Shown here: positions 18,711-28,567 of the stretch, piece after piece | Position numbering within the stretch: the first letter of the stretch is position 1 | Layout of the letters: every line of letters starts with the position of its first letter | Assembly: GCA_963663035.1 (NCBI GenBank) | Contig: OY760074.1 | Coordinates: forward strand, 2,144,001 to 2,208,000 | Source: Acidobacteriota bacterium | GTDB taxonomy: Bacteria > Acidobacteriota > UBA6911 > RPQK01 > JADFOI01 | DNA length: 64,000 nucleotides | Direction: 5' to 3' | Position numbers and translations under genes: made by a program | Notes under the pieces: model-generated | Told to the model about the DNA's origin: nothing | What the model saw: only the letters and a program-made list of their open reading frames with translations | Databases searched by the model: none

Positions 18711-19379
18711 CTACTGAGACATCACCTCCACACCGGGTGGCACCTTGAAATTAAATTGCCCGTCGGGAATTGGGATGTTCTCCCGGAAATTCATCATGAT
18801 GTATTCGTTGCGATTTCCAATAGGCTCAATCACGATCAACCGACGGACCAGATAGTTTGAAGGGTCGACTTCCAGAATTACATATGAATAAATACCCTGA
18901 GGCTTCTTCGGTGTTAATCGTATCAGTATGTTCTCTCCCTGAAGTGGCTTCTCCTCTGGTTCCAGCCCAACTTGAAAGTCTTCCCCAAGGTTCCCTCTAC
19001 CCATCAAGAACAGGAGAGGCGTTTGAGCGTTGCTCAGGTCTAGATCGGAGACGATCACTTGCTTGTCCAGGGGGAGATAGAAGTAGCTTTTCTGGCCGTC
19101 GGCAACGAAAACCTTTGGAGTGGGCTGCCGGTACTCCCAGTACATTTTCCCTGGTTTTTCCATGATCATAATGCCCGATTCCTGCAGTTGGAAGTTCCCG
19201 CTCCGAAAGAGTTGTGTGAAGTCAGCCGAGAAGCTCTCTATCTGCTCATACTTGTTCTGAAGCTTTGCCATCAGCTGATCCGGCGTTTCAGAACTCACCC
19301 GTCCCGACATCGAAAGAACCACCAGAAGGGTGGTGGCGAGCAATCTGCAACGAGTGGTCGAGCCGCTAAATCGAGTCAT
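18711..19379 (-). CDS. lolA: Outer-membrane lipoprotein carrier LolA
   Basis: SADFTQ, KPGKMYWEY..P, VADG, FNFKVPPGVEV; start uncertain. Confidence 0.88.
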   Translation of the reverse strand: MTRFSGSTTRCRLLATTLLVVLSMSGRVSSETPDQLMAKLQNKYEQIESFSADFTQLFRSGNFQLQESGIMIMEKPGKMYWEYRQPTPKVFVADGQKSYFYLPLDKQVIVSDLDLSNAQTPLLFLMGRGNLGEDFQVGLEPEEKPLQGENILIRLTPKKPQGIYSYVILEVDPSNYLVRRLIVIEPIGNRNEYIMMNFRENIPIPDGQFNFKVPPGVEVMSQ

Positions 19380-19863
19380 GCTCTTGGATTTGCTTGTCAA
19401 TGTCTCCCATAAAGGTTTCATATAAGATGAAAAGAACGCCGCAAGTAATCGCACTGTCGGCCAGATTGAAGGTAGGCCAGCTCAAGTAGTCTTGCCAGTG
19501 CAGCTCGATAAAGTCAGTCACATGGTTGTGAAAAAGACGTTCAATGAAGTTTCCCAGGATTCCACCCAGAAGCAGCCCCAGGGAACCCAAAAGCCCAACT
19601 TTATCCACGGGTGTTAGCCAAATGTAGTAGAGCACAATGATCACGGCAATGATAGCCAGGACCGAAAGAATGACGGGCTTCCACGGTGTCTGGAGAGTGT
19701 GAAACAGGCCAAACGCGATCCCCTCATTTCGGACATAATGAATGGTGAAGAATCCCTCAATAATCTCGTAATTCTGGAGCCAGCTGGTACTCTGAACCCA
19801 CCACTTTGTAATGAGGTCCAGCGTCAAGATAATAAAACCTAAACTGATAGCCGCTACGCGCAT
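19366..19863 (-). CDS. lspA: Signal peptidase II
   Basis: NEGIAFG, GGILGNFIER, VTDFI, WPTFNLADSAI. Confidence 0.95.
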   Translation of the reverse strand: MRVAAISLGFIILTLDLITKWWVQSTSWLQNYEIIEGFFTIHYVRNEGIAFGLFHTLQTPWKPVILSVLAIIAVIIVLYYIWLTPVDKVGLLGSLGLLLGGILGNFIERLFHNHVTDFIELHWQDYLSWPTFNLADSAITCGVLFILYETFMGDIDKQIQEHDSI

Positions 19864-19879
19864 TTTACTGTTGCCATCT

Positions 19880-22687
19880 TCACGCTGATACCTGACCGAT
19901 TTCCTCGAGAACAGCGTAGCAGCGAGAGCAAATGGTGGGCAGATCGGCATGGGATCCTACCGCCTGGGAATAAGTCCAGCACCGCTCACACTTCGCACCC
20001 GAGGCCTTTGACACGAAGACTTCGATCTGGTCGCCGGACAGCTCCGAACTCTCCTTCAACTCGATGTCAGAAACAATAAACAAAGAACGAAGATCCTGAG
20101 AAAGACCCTGTAAATACTCGAAGATTTCGGGACTACACTGGATTTGCACCTTCGCCTCCAGCGAATTGCCAATTTGTTTTTCCTGCCGACTTTCCTCCAG
20201 CGCCTTGCTGACCCTGGCCCGCACCTCCAGAAGTCGTTCCCACTGATCCAGCAGATTGTCGTCTCGATACTGCTCGATTTCTCGCGAAAACTCAGCCAGA
20301 TGTACCGATTCCACCGGCTCATCCTGCAAATAGAGCTTCTTCCAAATCTCTTCGCAAGTGAAAGGTAGGATGGGCGCAAGCAGTCGGACCAGAGTATCGC
20401 TGATTCTGAACAGAGCTGTTTGAGCAGCTCGCCGCTCGAGCGAGCCGGGAGCCGAGGTATAGAGACGGTCCTTTAACACATCGAAATAGAAACTTGACAA
20501 ATCGATGACGCAAAAGTTGTAAAGGACATGGAAAACAACATGAAATTCGAAGCTCTGATAGGCTTCCTGGGCCCGCTGCGCGACCTGAGCCGTGCGTGCC
20601 AGTGCCCAGCGGTCGATCTCGGTCAAATCTTCAGAGGAAACCTCTTTGCGGCAATCGAAGTCAAACAGGTTGCCCAGTAGAAATCGATGGGTATTGCGAA
20701 GTTTTCGGTAGGCTTCACGCAGCCGCGAAAGAACCTCCTCACCCAGACGTGCGTCCTCAGTATAGTTAATGGAGGAAACCCATAGTCGGAGGATCTCTGC
20801 TCCATTGGTTTTCATGAGGTCGAGCGGAGAAATGACATTGCCGCGAGATTTCGACATGGCATGTCCTTCCACATCGAGTGTCCAGCCGTTGCAGATGACG
20901 ATACGGTATGGCGCGGCATCCTTCACACCAACAGCGATTAAAAGGGAGCTGTGAAACCATCCGCGGTACTGATCTCCACCCTCTAGATAAACGTCGGCAG
21001 GCCAGGTCAGATCTTCACGATCACCCAGCAAAACGTGATGGCTGACACCGGAATCAAACCAAACATCCAAGATGTCTTCTTCTTTTTCAAACTCACGGCC
21101 GCCACATTCACAACGTGTTCCTTCAGGAACCAGTTCAGCAACACTCAAAGCGAACCATGCATCGGCACCCTGCTTCTGGAAGATATCGGCAACATGATTG
21201 ATGACCCGGCTCAGCAGTAGTGGTTCCTGACATTTCTTACAGTAGAAGGCAACGATGGGAACTCCCCAGATCCTTTGTCGGCTGATACACCAATCTGGTC
21301 GGTTGGCGATCATGTTGCTGATTCGTTCCTCGCCCCAAGCGGGGATCCAGCGCACCTGCTTGACCTCCTCAAGTGCCCGCTGTCGCAAATCGGCGTGATC
21401 CATACTGATGAACCACTGCGGAGTAGCCCGAAAGATCACAGGATTGTGGCAGCGCCAGCAGTGTGGATAACTGTGCGTAATCGTTTTTTCCGCTACCAGG
21501 ACATCCTTTTCGACCATTAACTGGTTAATCTTGGGGTTGGCTTCAAACACCTCGAGATCTGCGAAGTGTTCCACCTCGGAAGTGAATCTCCCTGAACTGT
21601 CCACTGGACAATAAATCTCCAGCCCTTTCTCGATTCCCACCTGATAGTCCTCCTGGCCATGTCCAGGAGCAGTGTGAACAGCGCCCGTACCCTGCTCGAG
21701 GGTTACGTGGTCGGCGAGAATGCTCTTCGAGTCTCGATCCAACCAGGGGTGGCGAAAGAGAAGATCTTTCAGGGCCTCGCCTTTGACCGTGGTCACCACA
21801 CGATAGCTCTCAAATCCACATTCCCGAGCAACTTGTTCAAGCAACTCCTGAGAAATGATGTAGATCTCATCCGAAACCTCCACCAGAGAGTAGTCAAACT
21901 TGGGGTGAAAGCAAATGGCCAGATTGGCCGGCAGGGTCCATGGAGTTGTGGTCCAGATCAACGCAAAGACCTTGCGCTGGGCCAACTCGGGAAGAAGACT
22001 CGTGGCCCCTTGGACTAGCGGAAACTTCACATAGATCGAGGGACTGGTATGATCCCCATACTCTACTTCCGCTTCCGCCAGCGCCGTTTCACACGAGATA
22101 CACCAGTGAACTGGTTTCAGTCCTTTGTAGACACTTCCCTTCTCTACAAATTGACCAAAAAGCCTGGCGGTTTCCGCTTCGTACTCGGGACTCATAGTCA
22201 GGTAAGGAGCGTCCCACTCTCCGAAAATGCCGAGTCGTATGAACTCCTTTCTTTGGATCTCGACGAACTTTTGAGCGTATTTTCGACACTCCCGACGAAT
22301 CTTGAGCAGATCCCTATCCGCCCCTTTCTGTGCTACAACTTTGATCTCGATGGGGAGGCCGTGACAGTCCCACCCAGGGAGGTAGGGAGCATCGTACCCT
22401 TCCATTGTTTTGGATTTCACAATAAGGTCTTTGAGCGTCTTGTTCAGAGAGTGACCAAGGTGAATATGCCCGTTGGCGTAGGGGGGACCATCGTGGAGGA
22501 CAAAAGTCTTCCGTCCCTTACGCTCAGCACGGATTTTCTGATACAGACCCATCTGCTGCCACAACTCCAGGGTGCGAGACTCCAGCTCGGGGAGATTCGC
22601 CTTCATGGAGAAGTCGGTTCTGGGCAGATTAATCGTTTTTTTCAAGTCTAGCTGCTCCGGCAATGCTCTCTCCTTTTTAGAAGCCAA
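19880..22687 (-). CDS. ileS: Isoleucyl-tRNA synthetase
   Basis: DGPPYANG.IHLGH, WTTTPWT, AMSKS (KMSKS-like), C-terminal zinc finger. Confidence 0.98.
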   Translation of the reverse strand: MASKKERALPEQLDLKKTINLPRTDFSMKANLPELESRTLELWQQMGLYQKIRAERKGRKTFVLHDGPPYANGHIHLGHSLNKTLKDLIVKSKTMEGYDAPYLPGWDCHGLPIEIKVVAQKGADRDLLKIRRECRKYAQKFVEIQRKEFIRLGIFGEWDAPYLTMSPEYEAETARLFGQFVEKGSVYKGLKPVHWCISCETALAEAEVEYGDHTSPSIYVKFPLVQGATSLLPELAQRKVFALIWTTTPWTLPANLAICFHPKFDYSLVEVSDEIYIISQELLEQVARECGFESYRVVTTVKGEALKDLLFRHPWLDRDSKSILADHVTLEQGTGAVHTAPGHGQEDYQVGIEKGLEIYCPVDSSGRFTSEVEHFADLEVFEANPKINQLMVEKDVLVAEKTITHSYPHCWRCHNPVIFRATPQWFISMDHADLRQRALEEVKQVRWIPAWGEERISNMIANRPDWCISRQRIWGVPIVAFYCKKCQEPLLLSRVINHVADIFQKQGADAWFALSVAELVPEGTRCECGGREFEKEEDILDVWFDSGVSHHVLLGDREDLTWPADVYLEGGDQYRGWFHSSLLIAVGVKDAAPYRIVICNGWTLDVEGHAMSKSRGNVISPLDLMKTNGAEILRLWVSSINYTEDARLGEEVLSRLREAYRKLRNTHRFLLGNLFDFDCRKEVSSEDLTEIDRWALARTAQVAQRAQEAYQSFEFHVVFHVLYNFCVIDLSSFYFDVLKDRLYTSAPGSLERRAAQTALFRISDTLVRLLAPILPFTCEEIWKKLYLQDEPVESVHLAEFSREIEQYRDDNLLDQWERLLEVRARVSKALEESRQEKQIGNSLEAKVQIQCSPEIFEYLQGLSQDLRSLFIVSDIELKESSELSGDQIEVFVSKASGAKCERCWTYSQAVGSHADLPTICSRCYAVLEEIGQVSA

Positions 22688-22745
22688 AGCAGAACTTTAA
22701 CAAAAGAAGAGGTTTTCTGTTAATGAGGGAGATTAGAAATACGGA

Positions 22746-23591
22746 CTAACGGAGATTGAATTGGACCTCTATGGTGGCCAGAACATCCACCGGTCTTCCC
22801 TTGAGGGTTCCTGGGCGAAATCTCCACTGGGTGGCAATTTCTTGAATGGCTTTCTCCTCCAGGCCGTAACCGAGAGCTCTCAACACCTTGAAGCTGTCAA
22901 CTCGTCCATCCCTTCGAATCACGGCTTGAAGAATGACAACCCCCTGGACCTTGGCTTTGATGGCGTCGTCTGTATAGCTCGGTGTCGTCTGTTGTATAAT
23001 CTGCGGCATCGTGACGCCACCGCCGATTGTGTAAACCCCACCATCACCCGTTCCAGTACCTTCACCAGGAACTGGCCCCCGCCCAGAACCGCTCACGGGA
23101 GGACCGGGAGGTGCCGTAATATCTGCCAGAGCCAAATCTGAGGCAATTTCCTCCAATATCCGTGGGATATCCTCGATGTCCTTCTTCCGAATGGGCTCGG
23201 GGGCGTTGGGAGTGGGATCAGGAATCGGGACCAGGTTGGGCTTGGGTTCCGGTATTGTCGGCTCGGGTTTAGGTGGAATGGCCTCAGGCTGGCTTCCACC
23301 TCCTGCCAGAGCTGCAGGCTCGGCCAACTGCTTCAAGACCAGGACCTCTTGGGTGGCAATCAAGACCCGCTCACCGAATGAAGGGATAACCATCAACAAC
23401 AGTAAGATGTGAAAGAGGAGCGCCAGGACGGAAGCCACTTGCAGTGGCTTTCGTCCGCTAGGGTCATGCTGAAAAGGATTATAGGGATCGCTCACAAAGC
23501 GGAGGCGTTCAGCCTCCGTGATCTTCAGAGCCAACAGTACTTCAAGGAAATTCCTGACCTTTGCCAGAAAGGTCTGCCCTTCTATGGTCAT
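22746..23591 (-). CDS. TonB family energy transducer
   Basis: TM anchor, Pro-rich linker, PSYTDDA..AKVQGVV...WRFRPG. Confidence 0.9.
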   Translation of the reverse strand: MTIEGQTFLAKVRNFLEVLLALKITEAERLRFVSDPYNPFQHDPSGRKPLQVASVLALLFHILLLLMVIPSFGERVLIATQEVLVLKQLAEPAALAGGGSQPEAIPPKPEPTIPEPKPNLVPIPDPTPNAPEPIRKKDIEDIPRILEEIASDLALADITAPPGPPVSGSGRGPVPGEGTGTGDGGVYTIGGGVTMPQIIQQTTPSYTDDAIKAKVQGVVILQAVIRRDGRVDSFKVLRALGYGLEEKAIQEIATQWRFRPGTLKGRPVDVLATIEVQFNLR

Positions 23592-23685
23592 CTGTTTCTG
23601 TGCGTCCTCTCTCTATATCCTAGAAAAGTCAAGGTCTTCGGTCAAACCTCCTCTCTCAATTTGATGAGAACTGAGGGGTAAAGTA

Positions 23686-24396
23686 TCACTTTGGTGGGTC
23701 GACCCCTAAAATTTCGGTATCCCTGCCGATAGGATTTGCACGGCGTGACTGCAGAAACTCATGGGTCCGGGCAGGAAAGCCTTCGAATTGCCTTTTCAGA
23801 TCTTGTTCCAAGCGGCGAAGATCTGAGACCGTGTCCACATCATACCAGCGCGGAAGCAGGAAGAACTCATGGGGCGCCACTCTGGACAGAGTCTCTCCCA
23901 AGACGATGGCCGTGCCCCAGGGGATATTCTGGAAAAGCTCTCTTCTCGGCTGGGAAAGTGCCAACAAGTAATAGCCCCCGTCCTCAACCGGACCTGCCAC
24001 CACTGGGAACTGGGACAATTTTGCAAAAGCCTCCTTGATATAGGACACGGGTAAAGAAGGGGTATCAGTTCCCAAAAACACAACCTGATGGGAAGATCGG
24101 CAAACCTTCACATAAGCATTCCACATCCGTTCACCCAGATCCTTTCCCTCCTGGCAATGCATTTGAACCGAGTGGGGGAGGTGGTGCTCTCGGGCGAAGC
24201 TCCGCATTTCCTGATGAGAACAGTCGGCGAGAAAAAGAGAGCAAGTGAGGTTGAGAGAAGCGGTCCGATCGAGGGTATCCAACAGCAGTGCTTGATGAAG
24301 CTGGAGGCAGCCAGCAGGAGACAGGACAGATGCCAGACGTGTCTTGACTTGGCCTAACCGAGGATATCGGGAAAAAATCAGGAGGGCGTCACTCAA
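23686..24396 (-). CDS. DUF2064/TIGR04282 family glycosyltransferase-like protein
   Basis: P..GQVKTRL, QEGKDLGERM, GTDTP, GPVEDGGYYL, DVDTVSDL; start approximate. Confidence 0.88.
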   Translation of the reverse strand: MSDALLIFSRYPRLGQVKTRLASVLSPAGCLQLHQALLLDTLDRTASLNLTCSLFLADCSHQEMRSFAREHHLPHSVQMHCQEGKDLGERMWNAYVKVCRSSHQVVFLGTDTPSLPVSYIKEAFAKLSQFPVVAGPVEDGGYYLLALSQPRRELFQNIPWGTAIVLGETLSRVAPHEFFLLPRWYDVDTVSDLRRLEQDLKRQFEGFPARTHEFLQSRRANPIGRDTEILGVDPPK

Positions 24397-24403
24397 AAGA
24401 GTA

Positions 24404-24925
24404 CTAATGACTCCAAAAAATGTAGTTTTTCCAACTATCGGGGGTCTCAGAACCCCACAAAAGGAAAGTGAGTCTATGGGGAAAGCCATAGGGAGCTTTC
24501 GGTCGTCTCAAAGGCTTTAAGCCGGCCTCTTCTGGAGTTCGATTCCCTTTTTTCCTGTTGCACCTAATGCAACAGGTGACAATGTTCTCCCAACTCTTAT
24601 GACCTCCTCGAGCCACTGGAATGACGTGATCGTAGGTGAGTTGGTTGGCAGAAAATTTACACCCACAGTATTGACAACTGTGTCGATCCCGGGAGTAAAT
24701 GTTACTTCTCGTGAATTTCACCTGGTGATGATGTCGCTTCACCTTCACATAGCTCAGCAACCTCAAGACAGAAGGCAGAGGAATGGAAAGGGAGACACTT
24801 CGGATCTCGCGGTCATATTGTGCGAGCACCTCAACTTTCTCTTGGAACAGCATACGCAAGGCACGCTTCCATGAAATCACGTGTAAGGGCTCGAAAGTTG
24901 AGTTCAACACCAGAATCTGTTCCAT
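24404..24925 (-). CDS. HNH endonuclease (McrA-like, stand-alone type)
   Basis: LVLNSTFEPL, RDRHSCQYCG, DHVIP..RGG..SWENIVTCC..CN..KGNRTP. Confidence 0.93.
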   Translation of the reverse strand: MEQILVLNSTFEPLHVISWKRALRMLFQEKVEVLAQYDREIRSVSLSIPLPSVLRLLSYVKVKRHHHQVKFTRSNIYSRDRHSCQYCGCKFSANQLTYDHVIPVARGGHKSWENIVTCCIRCNRKKGNRTPEEAGLKPLRRPKAPYGFPHRLTFLLWGSETPDSWKNYIFWSH

Positions 24926-25174
24926 AGCTGAAGAAGATATCTACTGCATCGGCAGTTTCGTTATCAACATCACCTCATACGCCAGAAACGTGTACCAGCA
25001 ACAGTGTAGGAGAGTAGACAAACCCGGCCAAATCAGCGAAGTCAGGTCTATCCACCCTGGCCTTTTCACTCGGGCTGTTCTAAAATACCACAAGATGACA
25101 GCCAAACCTGCTCTTGGGAATGATAGCAGCAGCTCGACGAGGGTAGGCGTGCGGTTGCCCTGAAATTATCCCAA

Positions 25175-25495
25175 ATGGAAAATCTTGGTTCGGTTTTTTC
25201 TGATCTTTTGCGCCAGATTGCCTCTGATGAGGAGACTGCACTGATCTTTCTGAATGAACTCTGGCCGCAGATTGTGGGAAAGGACCTGGCTCTCAGAAGC
25301 CACCCATTGGCCTTGAGAAGTAAGAGGCTCCGGATTGCCGTTGGGAGCAAGACATGGAAGAAAGAACTGATGGAGCTGCACCAAATGATGATTCATGCTG
25401 TTAACAAGTATTGGAACTGCGACCTGGTTCACACGGTCGAATTCGAGGTCCGGAGGGAAAGTGCCTCGTTTCATAAATACGATGACGTTTGCTGA
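25175..25495 (+). CDS. DUF721/DciA family protein; C-terminus supplied by a family B element
   Basis: WPQIVG..LA....P......L.I.V....W..EL pattern; last 11 codons lie inside the repeat. Confidence 0.8.
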   Translation: MENLGSVFSDLLRQIASDEETALIFLNELWPQIVGKDLALRSHPLALRSKRLRIAVGSKTWKKELMELHQMMIHAVNKYWNCDLVHTVEFEVRRESASFHKYDDVC

Positions 25496-25735
25496 TGGGT
25501 CTTGCGAGGCGAGGTCAAGGAGCGAGGAGGAGGCGATGTCAGGGACATCGGCGACGACGAGAAACACAGAGATCGCCCGCAACCCCCATCAGCCCAAAGG
25601 GTGGCGGCGGGACGGCATCGATTTCTTTGTCGCTCCTCCTCCGCGATACAAACTGGCATCGCGTCGTCGTCGCTTCGCGAACTCGACGCCGTCGCGCTCG
25701 ACACAAACGTTACCGTATTTATGAAGCGAGGCACT
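25460..25735. mobile_element. Family B 276-bp non-autonomous inverted-repeat element, copy 1
   Basis: 32-bp arms agtgcctcgtttcataaatacgatgacgtttg / caaacgttaccgtatttatgaagcgaggcact; colinear with 56016-56291. Confidence 0.85.
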
Positions 25736-25780
25736 AAGAAGTTGTCCACGCCGATCAGCAAGTCCTATAATCAGGAACTT

Positions 25781-28519
25781 ATGTCCCGCTGTCTTCTGAT
25801 CGCCACAGTGACCTGCCTGAGCATCTGTTCCACTCTTCAGGCCCAGCGCCTTTTTGCCACAGTGGACCCCTCCGCTTTGGAAGAAAACCTGACATTTGAC
25901 ATCAACGACATTCCCCTGACCAATACTGGGAGCCTTGCTCCAGTTGATCTCAACTTCTCCCCCAATGTCGTCTTTTCCCTTGATTCCAGTAAGGCCTTTG
26001 TCAGCTATCCTGGATCAAACAAGGTGTTAGTTTTCGATCCGATCGAGGGAAAGCCTCTTGAGCCAGCCCCTTTAATTGAAGTGGGTGAAAATCCAGCCTT
26101 GATGACGTTGACACCAGACGGAAATACACTCGCTGTGGTCTGTTTGTTCCTCGCAGACAACCTGCCACAAAGTGGAGAGATTTTTGTCGGCAAACAGATT
26201 GGAACAATTGCCCTTATTGACGTGGACACGCTTGCGGTTCGACGGATTGATCTGACCGAGGTCTTCTTTTCCTTTGCCAATAACATCGTTTTTTCCGAGG
26301 ACAGTAAGACCGGCTTTTTGGCATCTTCTGGGACAGATGAAATTCTCCGTTTCGATGTGGACAGTGCCACAGAAATCACTCCCCGGTTGAACATGATATC
26401 GGGAACACGTCCCTCCTCCATCACCATCACTCCAGACTTCAGCGCCTTTGTGGCCGTCCTGGTGGGTTCAGACTCTCTCCCTCAGCAAGATGTAGCGGAT
26501 TCTTTACAGATCATCGATGTGGATTCCTTTACTGTAACAAGGAGCATCGTTCCCACGGTTGGGGACCAAGGATTTCCCCCTCACAATTTTTTCGCCTCCA
26601 ACACGCTGGCCATCTCCCCGGATGGAATGTTCGGACTGATTGCCGATCAAGAGCTCAGCTCCTTGGGACTGCTTGAGGACCATGCCATTCTTCTGAATCT
26701 GCAGACGGGCGAAACGGTCCAGCAGTTCAATATCGGTCGGCTCTCAGGACCCTCCTTTTCAGTTCCTGGAGGGAAGCGGTTTGTGACAATCAGCGCCAGC
26801 GAGATTATCATCATTGACATCCAAGCACTGACGGTGTTCAGAGTGGCGCCACCTCCCCTGTTCTCGGGCTTTAGAGCGACTACCCGACCCGTTTTCTTCA
26901 GGGACGGCACTGGGATGTTTGTGGCCGCGGCTCTTCGAGATTCTCTCCTGGAGTTTGATCTCCGCACAGGTACAGCCAGGCACTCAGTAGACCTGGGCCC
27001 AAGTGTTTCCATTGAACAGAATGGAATCGCAATCACCGTTCCAGCCGCTCCACTCGATCTCGCCTGGTCCCCCGACGGATCAGTTCTCAGCGCAGTCAAG
27101 TTCAATGCCAATACTGTTGCTCTGCTCAAGGAGACAGACCGAATCTTTGTTCCCCGTCTTCTTTCCGATGAAGAGTTCTTTACGGGTATCGCCCTGACCA
27201 ATAACTCCTCTCAGGAGGCAACCCTTATAGCAAGGGGAGTGGGTCCCTCTGGGAGCCAGCTTCTAAACGATCCCGACACGGACGCTACTCAGGACTTTAC
27301 GACTCCCCAGACCATCACGCTGGGAGCAGGCCAGCAGACCTCCTTCACAATCCGCGAGCTTATAGAGGCCACTCCCGAATCAACCGTCGATGCCTGGCTC
27401 GACATCGATAGCGATCAATTTGCGATGGCGGGCTTTTTTCTGGTTGGCGATCTGCAGCTCCAGCGGCTGGATGGCGGGCTGGTGAATTTCAACCCATCGG
27501 CTGAGCTGGTGTTGCCCGAAGTCCGTGTGAGCAACGGCTTCAGAACCGAAATCACCGTCCTGAACCCCAACCTCACGCCCGTCGATGTGGAGCTTAGTCT
27601 GATCAACAGTGAGGGCGAGACACTGGAGGAAATTGTCTTTTTGCTCGGTGGAAACTTTGTCTTCAGGGGCTTTTTGCGAGACGCTGATCCGGAAGACAAC
27701 ATAACTGATGCACTTTTCCCCGATACGACCTTCCAAGACTTTATCGGTGGTTACGTGAGGATATTCAGTGAGGAGGGGGTCATTGCTTTTGAGCGCTACT
27801 TCGACAATCAACAGCTCGCCTCTCTGAACGGAATTCCGGTCGGATCAGATGTAGAACTTCCCTTAGAGTTGTATCTACCGCAAGTCGTGGCATTCGCGGA
27901 TTCTGAGACCTTGGTGAACTTGGTCCACAGCGGTACGGAAAGTGCCAGCGTCACCCTCTCACTAAAAGGAGATCAAGGAGAAGATCTCGCAGCCCCTGTG
28001 AATCTGGAGATGGAGCCAGCTCAATCGATCAAAAGAAACCTGGTCGAACTTTTTAATCTGGTGGATCCGGGAAGCGCCTTCAGCGGATGGGTTCTTATCG
28101 AAACCGATGTTGCCGGAATTGTGGGGAATGCTGAACTCCACAGCGTTTCTGGGCAAACAATGACAGCCATTCCCATTCAAATGTCCCCGATGGGAAGTTT
28201 CGTCTTTTCCCATGTGGCACAAGGACTGGGCTTTTCCACGAGTCTCGCCCTTCTCAATCCCGGTCCCGCGACCGCCATTGTGCAAGTGGAAGTCCACGCC
28301 TCTGATGGCACCTTGCTGGACAATCTCTCAATTTCCATTGCACCTTCCAACCGAGAACTGAGATTCTTGAAGGACTTGTTCCCCAATCTACCTGATTTGT
28401 TAGGCGGTTACATCAAAGTCTCTTCAGACCAAAACATCATTGGATTGGAATTCTTCCATGCAGACAATCTGGACTTTTTGGCGTCCCTTCCGGCTCAGTC
28501 CATCGACCCGGTCTTCTGA
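25781..28519 (+). CDS. Large exported protein: YncE/YVTN-like beta-propeller plus repeated beta-sandwich-like domains
   Basis: Signal peptide; TPDG/SPDG blade motifs; repeated FTGIALTN / FRTEITVLNP / FSTSLALLNP units. Confidence 0.75.
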   Translation: MSRCLLIATVTCLSICSTLQAQRLFATVDPSALEENLTFDINDIPLTNTGSLAPVDLNFSPNVVFSLDSSKAFVSYPGSNKVLVFDPIEGKPLEPAPLIEVGENPALMTLTPDGNTLAVVCLFLADNLPQSGEIFVGKQIGTIALIDVDTLAVRRIDLTEVFFSFANNIVFSEDSKTGFLASSGTDEILRFDVDSATEITPRLNMISGTRPSSITITPDFSAFVAVLVGSDSLPQQDVADSLQIIDVDSFTVTRSIVPTVGDQGFPPHNFFASNTLAISPDGMFGLIADQELSSLGLLEDHAILLNLQTGETVQQFNIGRLSGPSFSVPGGKRFVTISASEIIIIDIQALTVFRVAPPPLFSGFRATTRPVFFRDGTGMFVAAALRDSLLEFDLRTGTARHSVDLGPSVSIEQNGIAITVPAAPLDLAWSPDGSVLSAVKFNANTVALLKETDRIFVPRLLSDEEFFTGIALTNNSSQEATLIARGVGPSGSQLLNDPDTDATQDFTTPQTITLGAGQQTSFTIRELIEATPESTVDAWLDIDSDQFAMAGFFLVGDLQLQRLDGGLVNFNPSAELVLPEVRVSNGFRTEITVLNPNLTPVDVELSLINSEGETLEEIVFLLGGNFVFRGFLRDADPEDNITDALFPDTTFQDFIGGYVRIFSEEGVIAFERYFDNQQLASLNGIPVGSDVELPLELYLPQVVAFADSETLVNLVHSGTESASVTLSLKGDQGEDLAAPVNLEMEPAQSIKRNLVELFNLVDPGSAFSGWVLIETDVAGIVGNAELHSVSGQTMTAIPIQMSPMGSFVFSHVAQGLGFSTSLALLNPGPATAIVQVEVHASDGTLLDNLSISIAPSNRELRFLKDLFPNLPDLLGGYIKVSSDQNIIGLEFFHADNLDFLASLPAQSIDPVF

Positions 28520-28567
28520 GAGCCTCGTTGGTTACTTCTGAGCAGAGTGTGGCATAATAGAGTTCGC

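Noticed and set aside
24404-24925. HNH protein as an IscB/Cas9-like or homing nuclease
   Set aside because: It is 173 aa, has no RuvC or PLMP/RRXRR motifs, and fits the widespread stand-alone family.
25502-25780. N-terminal 93 aa of the 1005-aa ORF
   Set aside because: Read-through mostly of the family B element; the signal peptide starts at ATG 25781.
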